DNA of 61,630 nt, counting the filler, from Dugesia japonica (lineage: Eukaryota): assembly GCA_001938525.1 (NCBI GenBank). It is 5 parts of 5 records of this genome, joined end to end, with 100 filler letters (N's around TTAATTAATTAA, not from the genome) between each part and the next. Parts side by side here need not be neighbours in the genome. Positions count along the whole stretch, not along the records: positions 21,400 to 30,168 come from MQRL01606360.1; positions 30,269 to 51,831 come from MQRL01543935.1; 3 more parts are not named here. One strand, 5' to 3'. Below are positions 26,890-39,200 of the stretch, piece after piece. Positions within the stretch are counted from its first letter, which is position 1. Each line of letters opens with the position of its first letter. Under the pieces are notes generated by a model, which saw only the letters and a program-made list of their open reading frames with translations, searched no databases and was not told where the DNA came from. The translations under genes and the position numbers were made by a program.

Positions 26890-27760
26890 ACATCCGACGC
26901 TTTAGATATTTTTCAAGTTTTTCCACGTTTCGTGTTTATTTTATGTCCATCGTGATCTTTTAACTTATACCATCTGTTATGGATCTGTTATACCACCTCA
27001 TATGGTTCTTTGTATTGGTCTTGTCCTTTGTCTCGTGTCTACGTTTCTACTAAAACCTCCTTGCCTACCTAAACTGTCTCTTTATCTTTGTCTNCTGGGC
27101 CGTACTCGTTCCTCCTTTACTCCTCTATCATTTCTGCTAATCTTTCGACCAAACATGATTTCTGCTGGACTCCTGTGCGTCGTTTTATGTTTGGTTACAT
27201 TCAGTGCAAATTCAATTTCTGTGAGTAATGTAGCTCAATCTGTTGTCCTCCTCTCTCGCATTGCAGCATTCATAAAATCTCTTACTGTACGAAACTGGCG
27301 TTCAATATATCCGTTCGCCACACGATGTTAGTCCTTCCTACGAAGTTTTTCATTTCTCGTGCTTCAAATACTCCGCCGCAATCTGATTGAATTTCTACAG
27401 GACATCTGAACCTAAGGATCCATTGCTTCCAAATGTTCTCTTGAATTGTTGACTCATCTTGTCTGCTAGTGTGTTGGTTAATTATACCCACTTTATATCT
27501 CTTATTTTTTTGTTACTTTTAACGGCTCACAGATGTATACGAACATTACTTTGAACAGATCAAACTTTTCTGACCAACACGTGACTTCTTTCGCGCCCGT
27601 AGTGCCGACTTTTACTCTTTGGCACCACATACATGTCCGTACTAAGTTCTTCGTTTTTGCCCAATTGGTCTCCCGCGCATCTAGTGTATATGTAGTCCTC
27701 AATCGAAAATTTGTGTCGAAAAATCTATCTCATCGATCAATAAATACACAAATCTAAAAT
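26890..27760 (-). mobile_element. Gypsy integrase remnant
   Basis: LVRTCMWCQRVK, WILRFRCPVEIQSDCGGVF, ANGYIERQFRTVRD, EFALNVTKHKTTHRSPAEIMFGRKI, (G)PY-like EPYEVV. Confidence 0.8.
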
Positions 27761-28055
27761 ACCACGACGAGGTATAATTAAATTTTTGCAAATATATTAC
27801 AAGAAATAATTTTGTTCTTTAATTTAATTTTTGATCATATAAAAATTAATAAAATAAAAATAAAAAGATAGATTAAAATAACTTCCACAGTTCTTTCTAC
27901 AAATATAATTGTTTATTATTGCACCATAAAAATCCCTGTAGTAAAGATTTCATTGTCTAAATTATATATTTGAATTATTTAACCAATTAATATTTATATA
28001 ATAAATAATGAACTTTTGCTGAAATATTTCCCAATAAAGTTTGTATTTTTTATAG

Positions 28056-28521
28056 GTTGGTTGGCTGGATACTCTGGCCAGAGATTATAAAGAACCATAT
28101 AACGAAAACAACACCGAATCTTTGTCTCTCGGTGGACCAAAGATTGAATCCAAATATATAACATCTCTTTATTTCGTTTTCACGGCCATAACTAGTATTG
28201 GATTTGGAAATGTAGCTCCAAATACGAATGCAGAAAAAGTATTTTGTATTTTTGCTATGCTGGCTGGATGTAGGTTTTTGTTAGAAAGTGATGATAATAA
28301 TGTCATGATTTTATAATTTAGCCATGATGAGTGCTGCGATATTCGGTAATGTTTCCTCAATTGTATTGAGGCTGTACCAAGGCAGCGAAGAGTGCCATGA
28401 AAGGCGAAGCAGCATCAAAGAATTTATTAAGTTTCATCGAATACCAAAACATTTAGCAAAACGTCTTCAAGATTCTTTTCAAACAAATTGGGACTACACA
28501 AATGGACTTAATATGAATATG
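28056..28521 (+). CDS. ERG-subfamily (KCNH2/seizure-like) voltage-gated K+ channel, two internal exons (28056-28269, 28322-28521): S5-P linker, pore, S6, C-linker
   Basis: VGWLDTLA...GGPKIESKYITSLYFVFTAITSIGFGNVAPNTNAEKVFCIFAMLAG|S MMSAAIFGNVSSIVLRLYQG...IKEFIKFHRIPKHLAKRLQDSFQTNWDYTNGLNMN. GFGN selectivity filter; 52-nt GT-AG intron joins the exons in frame. Confidence 0.92.
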
Positions 28522-29148
28522 GTAAAATTTTTTTTGGTAATCCAAATTAAAACGCATTATAAAAATAAGTATATAATAAGTTAAATTCTTAATCGTAGCG
28601 ACTGGAAGTAATTCCAATTTCAAATCAAAGTGTATATTTAAGAATAATTTTTTAATTTTTTTAATTAAAAAACCAATCAAATTAAAAATTTCCGAACGTT
28701 TTGAATTACCATCTGTTTAATTACTTGGTGCTTTTAAGCTCGCGTCAGTGGAGACTTCTCTTCTCAATTTGGGTAAATTGAAGAATCCTACTCTACTTTC
28801 CATGTTGAGAGGCAATATCAGGTTTTGGAGACTACCTTGTACCCTGTACACTGCAATGAAATAGCTAAGTCATAAATGAAGATTCGTCTGATATGACTAA
28901 CANNTCGTGCCCAATTTTTGATTTGCTTCTCTTTTTATTTATTTTGAAGTTTTTAGCTAATAATCTAGGAGGGAATTTTCTGACTCAAAAGAGCTTGTGT
29001 TTTTCTCGATGTATTAATACGCGTAGTACAAAATCAATGGAACAAATACGTACATGAATGCACTCAAATACACATACAAATGCACATTAGTAAAAACATT
29101 CTATAATTAATTTGGTATTTTAATTGAAATATTTCAACAAATAATCAA

Positions 29149-29315
29149 ATTTAATATAAAAGCTTTGATAAAAATTTTGGTTTTTTATTGATATTGGATA
29201 ACAATTCGATATCAATAAAAAACAAAAATTTTGACCAAAGCTTTTATTTTAAATGAATTCTATAAAACGATCAATGGTTATGTCCAACAATTATTCTCGC
29301 AATAATTGCAATTGT
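29149..29315. repeat. Fold-back copy of the hammerhead-repeat family, central ribozyme deleted
   Basis: Same inverted arms and 3' hairpin tail as 43761-43990. Centre joined at an ATAT microhomology. Near-perfect flanking repeat AAATAATCAAAT / AAATCATCAAAT. Confidence 0.8.
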
Positions 29316-29914
29316 AAAATCATCAAATACCAAAATTCAATATCAACTATAGATTGTAACAATAGCAATTCCTAAAAATTTATTCTACACTTAATAAGTT
29401 GTTTATTTCGACAAAATATTATTAAAAGAATGAAATTGAAAGCATTTTCCTCTTGATTCTAACAGAGCTCTCAATAATTTTTGTGAATAATAAAATCAGT
29501 TATGCTTGAGATCATGGCTGGCCTACCCAAATGAACTTAAGGGCCACTTTGGAAATGCATCATAACTCCGTGGGCCGCATATAAAAGTATAACCACATGT
29601 TTGATTTAGAATCTAAATCTAAAGATATTTGCTTGGAGTGAAAAATTGTAACATGATGAGTTATTATTGTGTTTACTATTATTCATACATGTAAACATAG
29701 ATAATATAATAATAATAATTTTAAACGAACATTGTTAAAAATATATAACACTAAAAATAGGTTCTAGGACAAAATGGTATNNNNNNNNNNNNNNNNNNNN
29801 NNNNNNNNNNNNNNNNNNNNNNNNNNNNNNNNNNNNNNNTTTTGTTCTGGCTATCCCCAGTAATAATTTTATATACAGTTATTTAAAATTTGAAAACATA
29901 CCATAAAATCAATA

Positions 29915-30070
29915 AAACTTGCCTTGCAGCAACAATGCACTTGAGAGTTGGCATAATGCTTTGAACAACACTGTTTGTAGGGTGCATCCTTCTGTTACTA
30001 AAATGGCAGGAAAACTACATTAGGAGCAGCACAGCACTCAACTACATCATCGGAAACTGGAAACAATTTC
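29915..30070 (+). mobile_element. MULE/Mutator transposase C-terminal fragment
   Basis: LPCSNNALESWHNALNNTVCRVHPSVTKMAGKLHLEQ matches the RTNN.xEGWH...HP.I...L..EQ motif. Confidence 0.7.
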
Positions 30071-30168
30071 AGAACAATCAATGTTATAAATGTTTGACAA
30101 TTTTGTCTCCAAAATCGTACAACCTTAATTTAAGCTTTAAAAAGTACTATAAATTATATTGTTTAAAA

Positions 30169-30268
30169 NNNNNNNNNNNNNNNNNNNNNNNNNNNNNNNN
30201 NNNNNNNNNNNNTTAATTAATTAANNNNNNNNNNNNNNNNNNNNNNNNNNNNNNNNNNNNNNNNNNNN
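30169..30268. other. Artificial 100-bp scaffold spacer
   Basis: 44 N + TTAATTAATTAA + 44 N. Confidence 0.95.
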
Positions 30269-30280
30269 TTATATACCTTT

Positions 30281-30452
30281 GACTGCCCATATCTTGTAAT
30301 AATATCTTAAAAAATATCAAGACTGCCCATATATTGTAATAATATCCTAAAAAATATCAAGACTGCCCATATATTGTAATAACATCCTAAAAAATATCAA
30401 GACTGCCTATAGCATGCATAAATATAGAGACTGCCCATAACATGCATAAATA
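30281..30452. repeat. 40-bp tandem repeat (GACTGCCCATATATTGTAATAATATCCTAAAAAATATCAA x3) plus two shorter variants
   Basis: Units start at 30281, 30321, 30361, 30401 and about 30429. Confidence 0.9.
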
Positions 30453-30559
30453 AATTAATTTAATTAAATTTAATTATATTAAAAANNNNNNNNNNNNNNN
30501 NNNNNNNNNNNNNNNNNNNNNNNNNNNNNNNNNNNGATTAAAATGAAAAACTTTAAATT

Positions 30560-32510
30560 TCCAACCAAAATATTTTTTTTGAATTTCCCGCCAAAAAAAA
30601 TTTTTTTTTTGAAATTCCCGCGAAAAATATTTTTTTTGAATTTCCCGTTAAAAAAAAATTCTTAAAAAAAAGGTAAAAAAAAAAGGTAAAAAAAAAGATT
30701 AAAAAAATAAAAAAAAAATTTGATCCGATCAAAATTTTTTTGATCCTAAAAATCTGATCCGATCAAAAATTTGATCCAAAAAATCTGATATGATAAAAAA
30801 AAAATTTGATCCCAAAAATCTGATAAAAAAAATCCGATCAAAAAAAAAATTTGATCCCAAAAATCATACCACCAAAAATCATAACCTCATCGTTATGTGT
30901 TTTCGAGCCCTCTACCGGGGGGGCGTTCCGCCCAGCGCTGTGCATGTGATGACAATGCGGCACTATCCCCCTACTTCTATATTTGAATTATCCAAGGAAG
31001 GACTAATCACAAAATTACCAGTAATCATCGGAGATGGAAACAACTATCAAAGTAGTTACAGAATATTGCTGTTGGGCTATGGGATCATCCACAGCATGGC
31101 ACAAAATGAAATTGGTAAAAAAAACTTAAAATAAAGGATCAAATCGAATGGATAAAAGGATTGAAAGGAAAAGTGTCGAAGTAAAATTGATAGGAGTAAA
31201 TCAAATGGATAAAAGAATCGAAATGAAAGAGTCGAAATGAATGACAGAATTATTCTAGTGAAGTGACGAATTGTAGAATCATTGAGGATGAAGCTGAGAT
31301 CAAATATTGAGACAATTCGCAGAAGTGTTAAAATAAAGTTACGAGTGAATAAAAAGTGATGGTCGAGGATCCATTCTATTTATGCCTTCTGAAATTTTTT
31401 TAATATGGATATAACCTTGTCCTTATTAAAGTATACTCTCAGAATACTGAAAAGAGGATAAATAAAAGTAGGTAGATAGTGGCTCATATCTCCTCTTGGT
31501 TTAATCTCTAAAAAGGCCCCCTCCCCCCACCCTTTTTAAAAAGGGGATAAATTTTTTAAAAGCAATTAATAAAGGGGATAAAATTTTAAAAAGGGGATAA
31601 AATTTTTTAAAAAAATTAAAAAAAGGGATAAAATTTTTAAAAGAAATTTAAAAAGGGGATAAATTTAAAAAATAAACTAAAAGTGGGAATTAATTAAATA
31701 AATTTAAAGTGTGAATAAATTTTTAAAAATAAATTAAAAATGGTGTTTAATTTTTCCTCTGTGTTTAGTTAGGAATTTATTCGGTGAGGTGGAATTAGGT
31801 CAATTTTTGACTGGTTTAGGTGAAAGTGGTCAAATTTTTCCTCAGTTTTGGTCAGTTTGGGTAATTTTTGGAAGATTTGGTCAAGTATTTAATCGGGAAT
31901 GGTAACTTGGTTAATNTTTAGTCAATATTGGTCAAATATTTCTTCGGGATTACTTGGTTTGGGTAATTGGTTGAATTTTTCCTCGGGATTGGTAATTTTT
32001 GGGTGATTAAAGTGAAATTGGTCAAATATATCCTCGGGAATGATTAATTTGAGTTATTTTCAGATTATTTAGGTGAAATTGGTTGAAAATTTTCTCGGTG
32101 AGGTAGAATATGGTCAATATTTGAATGGTTTAGAGTAATTTTTAAGTGATCTGGTCAAATAATTCCTCGGGATTGCTCAGATTGGGTAATTTTTGGGTGA
32201 CTTTGTCTAATTTTTCCTGAACATTGGTCAGTTGGGTTAATCTTTGGACAATCTTAGTCAATTATTTACTCACATTGTACAGTTTTGGATGATTTGATCG
32301 AATATTTCATCTAGATTGATCATTTTGGGTAATTTTTGTGTGGTTTTAGTGAAATTGGTTGAAAATTTCTCGGTGAGGTTGAACCTGGTCAAACTTGGTT
32401 TGTTTTAGGTTAATTTGGTCAAATATATCTTCGGAAATGATTAATTTGGGTAATTTTTGTGTGATTTGGTTAATTATTTCATCGGGAATGGACAGTTTGG
32501 GTTGAATTTT
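30560..32510. repeat. Complex array of successive degenerate short repeats
   Basis: TTTGAA(T/A)TTCCCG x3, TTTGATCC/GATCCGATC, AAAGGGGATAAA x5 (31538-31665), and a TTGGTCAA..CTCGGGA / TTGGGTAATTTTT array (31780-32510). Confidence 0.75.
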
Positions 32511-32822
32511 AAGGAAATTCATTATAAAAGTCGAATTTGTTTAAATTTTAAAGTTTTTTAAGAATTTTTATCAGATTGTTTTGTAGAAATCCGAGCAAAC
32601 CGTTCATGTTGTTTAAATAATATGAAAATTTAAAATTTTTTTAATGAAATCTTTATGTGAATCTGGGTGAACAGTCTAAAATTTTGAAAAAAATGTTCTT
32701 TATCTCAGATTCCAAAGATTTGTATACCAAACTGTTGAGAACTTTACGGCGATCATTTCTAAGAAATAAAAATTTTTCGATAAACCTTTCCTTTTCAAAT
32801 AAGTTAAGAAAGTATCAATTAG

Positions 32823-33340
32823 ATAGAGAAATTTCGAGACCAATTTTTTTATATTCCATTCTCGAAAGGTTGTGGCACATTTATTTGCAATTGGTATTTA
32901 ATTGTGAAAATTCTCTTTACTTTCAATCCGATTATCAATTTGTACATACTCAAGTGGCTTTTCGGTCAAAAGTCTGATGGAGTGTTAAATTTTTATAAAA
33001 CGCTTTTTCTCTTGGTATGGAATTCAGAAGATTTTTATTACACCAAATATTTCCCTATAATGACTGTGTGCAAAGTCAATCTTATAGTTTTGGGACAAAT
33101 ATCCAACAATTATTTAACGTTTTGTATTCATCCAGAAAATCTGTTCAACAGATACTTTGTTACTATAATAGCTATTTGGTTGATGTTTCTCACTAATGTC
33201 ACATTTATCGGATTGTTAACGTTTCTTAACAATTTACTTTTCTTCAAGGTTAGAAGGTCTCTTATAAAAAGAATTTTACGGCATAAGAAAATTAATTTTT
33301 CTGAAGTAAATAATGGATATTTAGTCTTCATTATCACGGA
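32823..33340 (+). CDS. Innexin fragment (TM3, extracellular loop 2, TM4), intronless here; the frame continues to 33656 into unrelated sequence
   Basis: SKGCGTFICNWYLIVKILF..NLYILKWLFG (TM3), YFPIMTVCKV..LGQ....TFCIHPENLFNRYFVTIIAIWL (FPxxTxC...C.LP.N..NEK...W motif), R..LIKRIL..NNGYLV. Confidence 0.8.
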
Positions 33341-36231
33341 TGATCCTCAAGAGATATTGGAGAAATCCGCAGCAATAGTTGTTACAATGGAACAATCAAG
33401 GGGTACAGACCCAGAGATAAATCAACAAGAATCAGAGATTCTTGATAGCTGTAAAATCATAGTTGAATTCAGAAAAGATGTTCAAACCACGCTAAATGAG
33501 CAATTAGAGAAGTTAGCTAGCGTTGAATTAGCTGACAAAGACATAGATAGCATAGTGCAAATTCTATCTACAATCAAGCACGAAACATTTATTTTAAGGC
33601 AATTTCAGAAATTTGTCGTAAAATATGCAAAACAATGCAACATGATTAGTATTTGAGAAATGCCCAACTAGTTATACATATGCCAAAGGGGGCATATGTA
33701 ATAACTGAAATAAATGTGCGAGAAACAGTAGCTAAGTTGACGTCTCACTTAAAAAGAATGAAGCGTAAAAAATTTGAACGAGACATAAGATAGAGAAAAA
33801 ATGATTCTGTTATGCGGCATATTGCGAAATGTGAAAACAGAATTGCAGGCTAAAGAGAAGGTGGGTGAGGTAGCCACTATTAGCCAAGATAATGTATTTG
33901 CTATAAAATATATGGAATTAGACCAGCTCCAAGAGGCTCAGACTATTCCACGGCGATTGGAAAAGAGATCCAATCGAATATAAGAAACAATGAAAATATT
34001 AAAAATATTTTGAGTTGGAAATTGTCATTAAATATTTCAACGGATACATGAAAGGAAATAGTACCATTATTACTACCTCTGGCTGGTACGCCAAGTAGTT
34101 ATCAAAATGAAATCTGTATGCTAATACGGAAAAAAGATCTAGCATTTAGGCAAGACCCAAAAGGACAAAGTGAACTTTTTGTACCAAATCACCTAATTCA
34201 TAATCTATCTTGAAATTACTGTCTTCTTAATGTTTTTGCGTATCTGATAAATATTCATCAATCATGCATCCTTCTTGATTTTTCTCTTTTTTATGATTCA
34301 TTTGGCCNAGGAATATATTTTGCGCCTTTTAGTAATATTCATGGCAAAACATTATATGTAGCATTCTTTAAGTGATTGCATATGTGTTTACCGCTGCCAC
34401 AATATCACTCACAAAAAATTGCAAAAATAGATAGTATTATTTATACAATGTACAAAACGAAACACTACGTGTTATACTTCTCAAACTTTAAATAAATGAA
34501 TATTTCCTTAGGACTTGGAATACAGTGAATTGCTAATGAATTCCTTTTTAACAAAAACTAAAACATAAACCAGGATTTTTTCATTTTCGGCTTTGAATAT
34601 TTGACTTTCTTCGTTGATTCATAAGAAAAACGTTCTTAAAAACTGACTTAACATTAAACTAGTAATACAGAGGATTGTTTAGTCGATATAAAAATTTATC
34701 GTGTACACTCATTACAATAAATATAAAACAAAATATCTATGAAAAGTATTGATAACTATTAGCTTGGTTTGTGCAATATTTTAATAAAAAGAACTAGAAA
34801 AATGTCGTTAAAAAATATGACAATCTAATTAAGGTGATAAGGAGTAAACTTCCGTTTCTGATGAATATTTGTTTAAAGATGTCAGGAAAGACATCTATCT
34901 CTTTTTATGTAAGAGTTTGGATTATAGAGGTCTAAAACCAAAGAAACAAAGTTAATAAGATTATATAAAAACAGAATTAATGAAATCAAAAGAAAGCAGA
35001 ATTTATGAGATCGAATGAAAAGAAAAAAAAATAATGTTCAAATAATAGTCATGAAAATTGAACTACTTTGGTAAAGATATTAGAGAGCATGACTGAACAA
35101 GTTTTTTAATGTTATAAAAATACAAGTCTTTACTAATTTGACAATGAAAGCGAAAACTAATCACATATATAATGAATAATTGCGATTAAATGGCAGAATT
35201 GACAACAATTACTCATGAGTTCAGAAAGTAAAGATAAAATAATTTATTGGTGAGATCTAAAAGCCGTAAGGAAAGAACTTACTCGGGCGACTAAGAAGCA
35301 AAGCTAAAGTAATGTGTCGATAAGACCTAAAGAGAAGTTGAATAGAAGTACCAATCAAATAAAATGAAAGCAGATATATTTTAATCATAGAAATAAATAT
35401 TTCAATACAACATAAATCAGGTGAAAACAATTGGAAAACAATCGAAAGTGGAACGGGAATTTTATCACTATGAGTTGACCTTCTAAGTTTTGATTTATAA
35501 ATTTTGAACTTTTTAAAAATTTTATTTTTGAATTGAGATTAATTCCACTTTGTCTTCGTCAAGAATTAACTTTTTATAATTAATTTGGATAAATATTTAT
35601 ATTTTTTTTAATATGTGACCTATTTGTATGGCTAGCCCAAAATTCATTATTTTCAGTTTTTTAATTTCTCAAATAGAGATTTAAAGCTTCTATATCAGCA
35701 GATTCTGAGAATAAAATAAGAGCGTATATTTCAACATTTAAATAACTTTAATCACGATATATACATTTTAATTGGATTTCATAAGCTATTTAATATTTCT
35801 AAACTCACACAATTGTTGATTTGCCTTTGCGAAATCCCAAAGACAACTCAACATTAATGTTCAAAATATTAATTAAAATTTTTTATTAAATTATACAATA
35901 AAGTGTTGAAATTCTTTAAAACATAATTTGTTTCAGAATTTCAGTTGGTGATTTAAAATAAGGCAAAATGTGATAAAAATTATATTTATAAATAAAAAAT
36001 GTTTAGCTTATTGTAATTTCATACAAGACTTAAATTACTTTTATGTTTTCTTTAAATTTTGAAATCTAAAGTATTTAATAAAATATTCTGCTAAGAATTA
36101 ATTTTCCAATACTTTTCATTTTCTATTCAAATTATTTGTAATAGTTTAAATATTTTATCAAAATTTGTCTCAAATTTAGTAATTAAATTGATTTAAATTT
36201 GTTAAAATATTGATTTATATTAGCATTAATT

Positions 36232-39200
36232 ATGGAAACTGGAAATGTCAAATTTGACTCATTATTAAATTTAATAAAAGAAGCAAATGAAAAAAATTCA
36301 AAAATTAAAGACAAAATTAATTTTCAAGTAGAAGAAATTAATAAAACTAAATCAATTATCAATCAATTTGAAGAATGTTTGAAGCAGCAAAATGAAATGT
36401 TGAATAAAGTTATTAAATAATTTAATAAAATAAATATTATTTAAATATTTATAATTTAGTTACTTGATGAAAAACTTTCAATAAAAAATTATAAAAATGA
36501 TTTAATAAAAGGTTCATTTAAATAATAATTGGTAAAGGTATTATTATAAATTATTAGAACTGAACCAATTAGAAAATAGTGATGATGAAGNATGTGAAAG
36601 AAATGTTTATGATAATCAAGACAAAGATGACAGCTTTGTACAAATTAATTCTGTAAATATTTATCCGAGAAATGATGATTGTAAAAATACGAATCAAAAT
36701 AATTTGGATAACCATAGAAAAATCGAACAAAATATAATTGATAATAAGAAGCAAGTGAATAATAATTTGAAAAAATTTCTAAGTTATATGGACAATCGAA
36801 GTCAAACAGATTTGAAAATGCTGACAAATTGTAATGATCAACCAATCAAAATCAATCCTGAATCAAAGAAAGACAATTTATTTATCCAATCGTCTAACAA
36901 CCAACTGATCTCGTAAATTTTAATACTAACAATTTTTATTTTAGTATTACTTTTAAGAAACGAAAATTTCGTTTCATCCAAAAATAATAAAATCTCACAG
37001 AGGAAATTTTTCGTACTTAATGGACATCCAAAAGTCCCAAAAAAGTATTTGATTTTCAATTAATATTATTTTATTATATTTAGTAAAACTGGTATATTTA
37101 TAGATGAATATTTTATCAAGTATGAATTATGATTGGATTAATTATTTTGTGTTAATCGTGCGTGTTGTAGAAATTATTCACCGATATTGATGCTTAAATT
37201 AAAAAAACATACCGTGGTATATATGAATAATATGCAACACTCGCTTCAGGTTTGTTGCGAGAGAGGAGTGCTTTTTATATATGATAAGAAGGTAAAAATC
37301 ATTTATTTATTATTGAGATTTTTTATTTTGAATTATTATGCTAATATTGATTTTTATGGTTAATATTGAAATAACTTTACAAATTGATTACAATGAAATC
37401 TGTTCTTCATAAATATCCAATTCTGAGTAGGCATATCATTTCAGTATTTATTTCACCATAACTAGTGTCATAACAAAAGCACTCATAAATTAATCCACTT
37501 GTATTTTAATCTCCTATTATTAGTTCACCAAATTCAAAATCTTTATTTATAGCTATTATTCGTTTAATGTTTGAATTATGCTGTTTAAATGTATGTTATA
37601 TTGGTGTGTAAAAATGAAATTCTATCCCATTTTAAAATATGATAAATTAACAGTACACATAAATGCATAAAATGATTCATTCCTTTCTTTTCAATGAATA
37701 ATAAATTTGGATAAGGTTTAGTTGTGTTATATGAAATTAAATTATCCACCTTATCTTTACATAATTCTTTATTTAAATATACATAATTTTATATTCATTA
37801 AATCCGTCTAATAAATTTCGATAACTGTAGACACTATTTATTGGATACTTTTAAATATAGTTGAACCTCCTAATATAACAATAATTCTCTACAAAAGAAC
37901 CCTTCAATGTCGAATCAAATACTCTAAGTGACCAGTGAAAAGTATTGAATTAAAGAGGTTATTTATTTATTATAAATATTATTTCTACTTTGGTTACAAT
38001 TAGGAATTGCATCTGGGACCAGTTTTACAATTCTGGGATTATAAAAAATTTATGAATTTGACTTAATATTGAAAGATATATAGTATATTTGCTACACAAA
38101 TTGTTTTATACAACTAATAGCTTTGTTATACAATGCCTATATGGAATAATATTTTGTCTATGTTGTCTATCTATTCTTCTTAAAATTAGTAACAAGTGCA
38201 AAATAAATAATCTTGCAAAATACTAAATAAATTTACAATTCAAATAACAAATAATATTAATAACAGAATAAATTTTATGAGATGCATAATCTATTATTTA
38301 TTCTCTTTCTTTTTGAAAATGTACACATACATCTACGGTGTGATCTAATACCTACTTCCTATTACATTATTCAAATACGCAGTTACAGAAAATACCCGCC
38401 CAGGTTTCATCTTGTTGGGCAATTGATAACAAATATTTATATAAAAATTCTAAATTATTTTCTCGGATTCAACTATTTTCAAATATATTTATTTCCTTAA
38501 TAGTATCAATTAAATTAGTTATCTATGTGTTGAGGTTTAACAGTCTTCACGCTTTTTCTTATTTCTTCTTGTAACTTTTTAAGTGATAATGGTGTTTGAA
38601 CTGGCAATTCTTCTTTATTACCCTCATCCATAGTTGTTTCTTCAACTTCATCATTACCAGATGCTTCAAAATTATCTTCTTTATTTGTAGTACATAATTT
38701 AGCATCTCATCTGCATGATGCATCTACACCTAATTTCATTGGCTCAAGTATTTCTATTTTTTCGAAATAACCACAAAATCATTTTCGTTTATGGAATCGT
38801 GGTTACTAAAATCAATTAAAGCTTTTTGTATACATTTTTTAATATTAGAAGCGTTCCAGAATCGATAAAAGAGAATTCCATCTTGTATTTCAATACAAAA
38901 TAAGAGAAAGTTCTTTTCCTTTCTCTGCTTTCATATACTTCTGTAATATTGTATCCTTTTTTTGTCGGGGACTATATTGAAAGAACCACTACTTTACAAG
39001 CTTAACTAATTCATTGATATTTATTTCAAGAAAAAATATTTTTTTACTTGTTGTTTCACTATCTGTTAGTTTAAGTTTCATAAAAAAATATATCATCAGT
39101 GTCGTCATCAAAATCAAATATATCTTCAGTTCCTTCTAATAGTTGAAATTTGACAATTTGCAAAGAACTATTTTTTTTACAGAATATCACAAATCTCAAG

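Noticed and set aside
30281-30452. CRISPR-like regular repeats
   Set aside because: Head-to-tail units without unique spacers, no cas genes, eukaryotic context.
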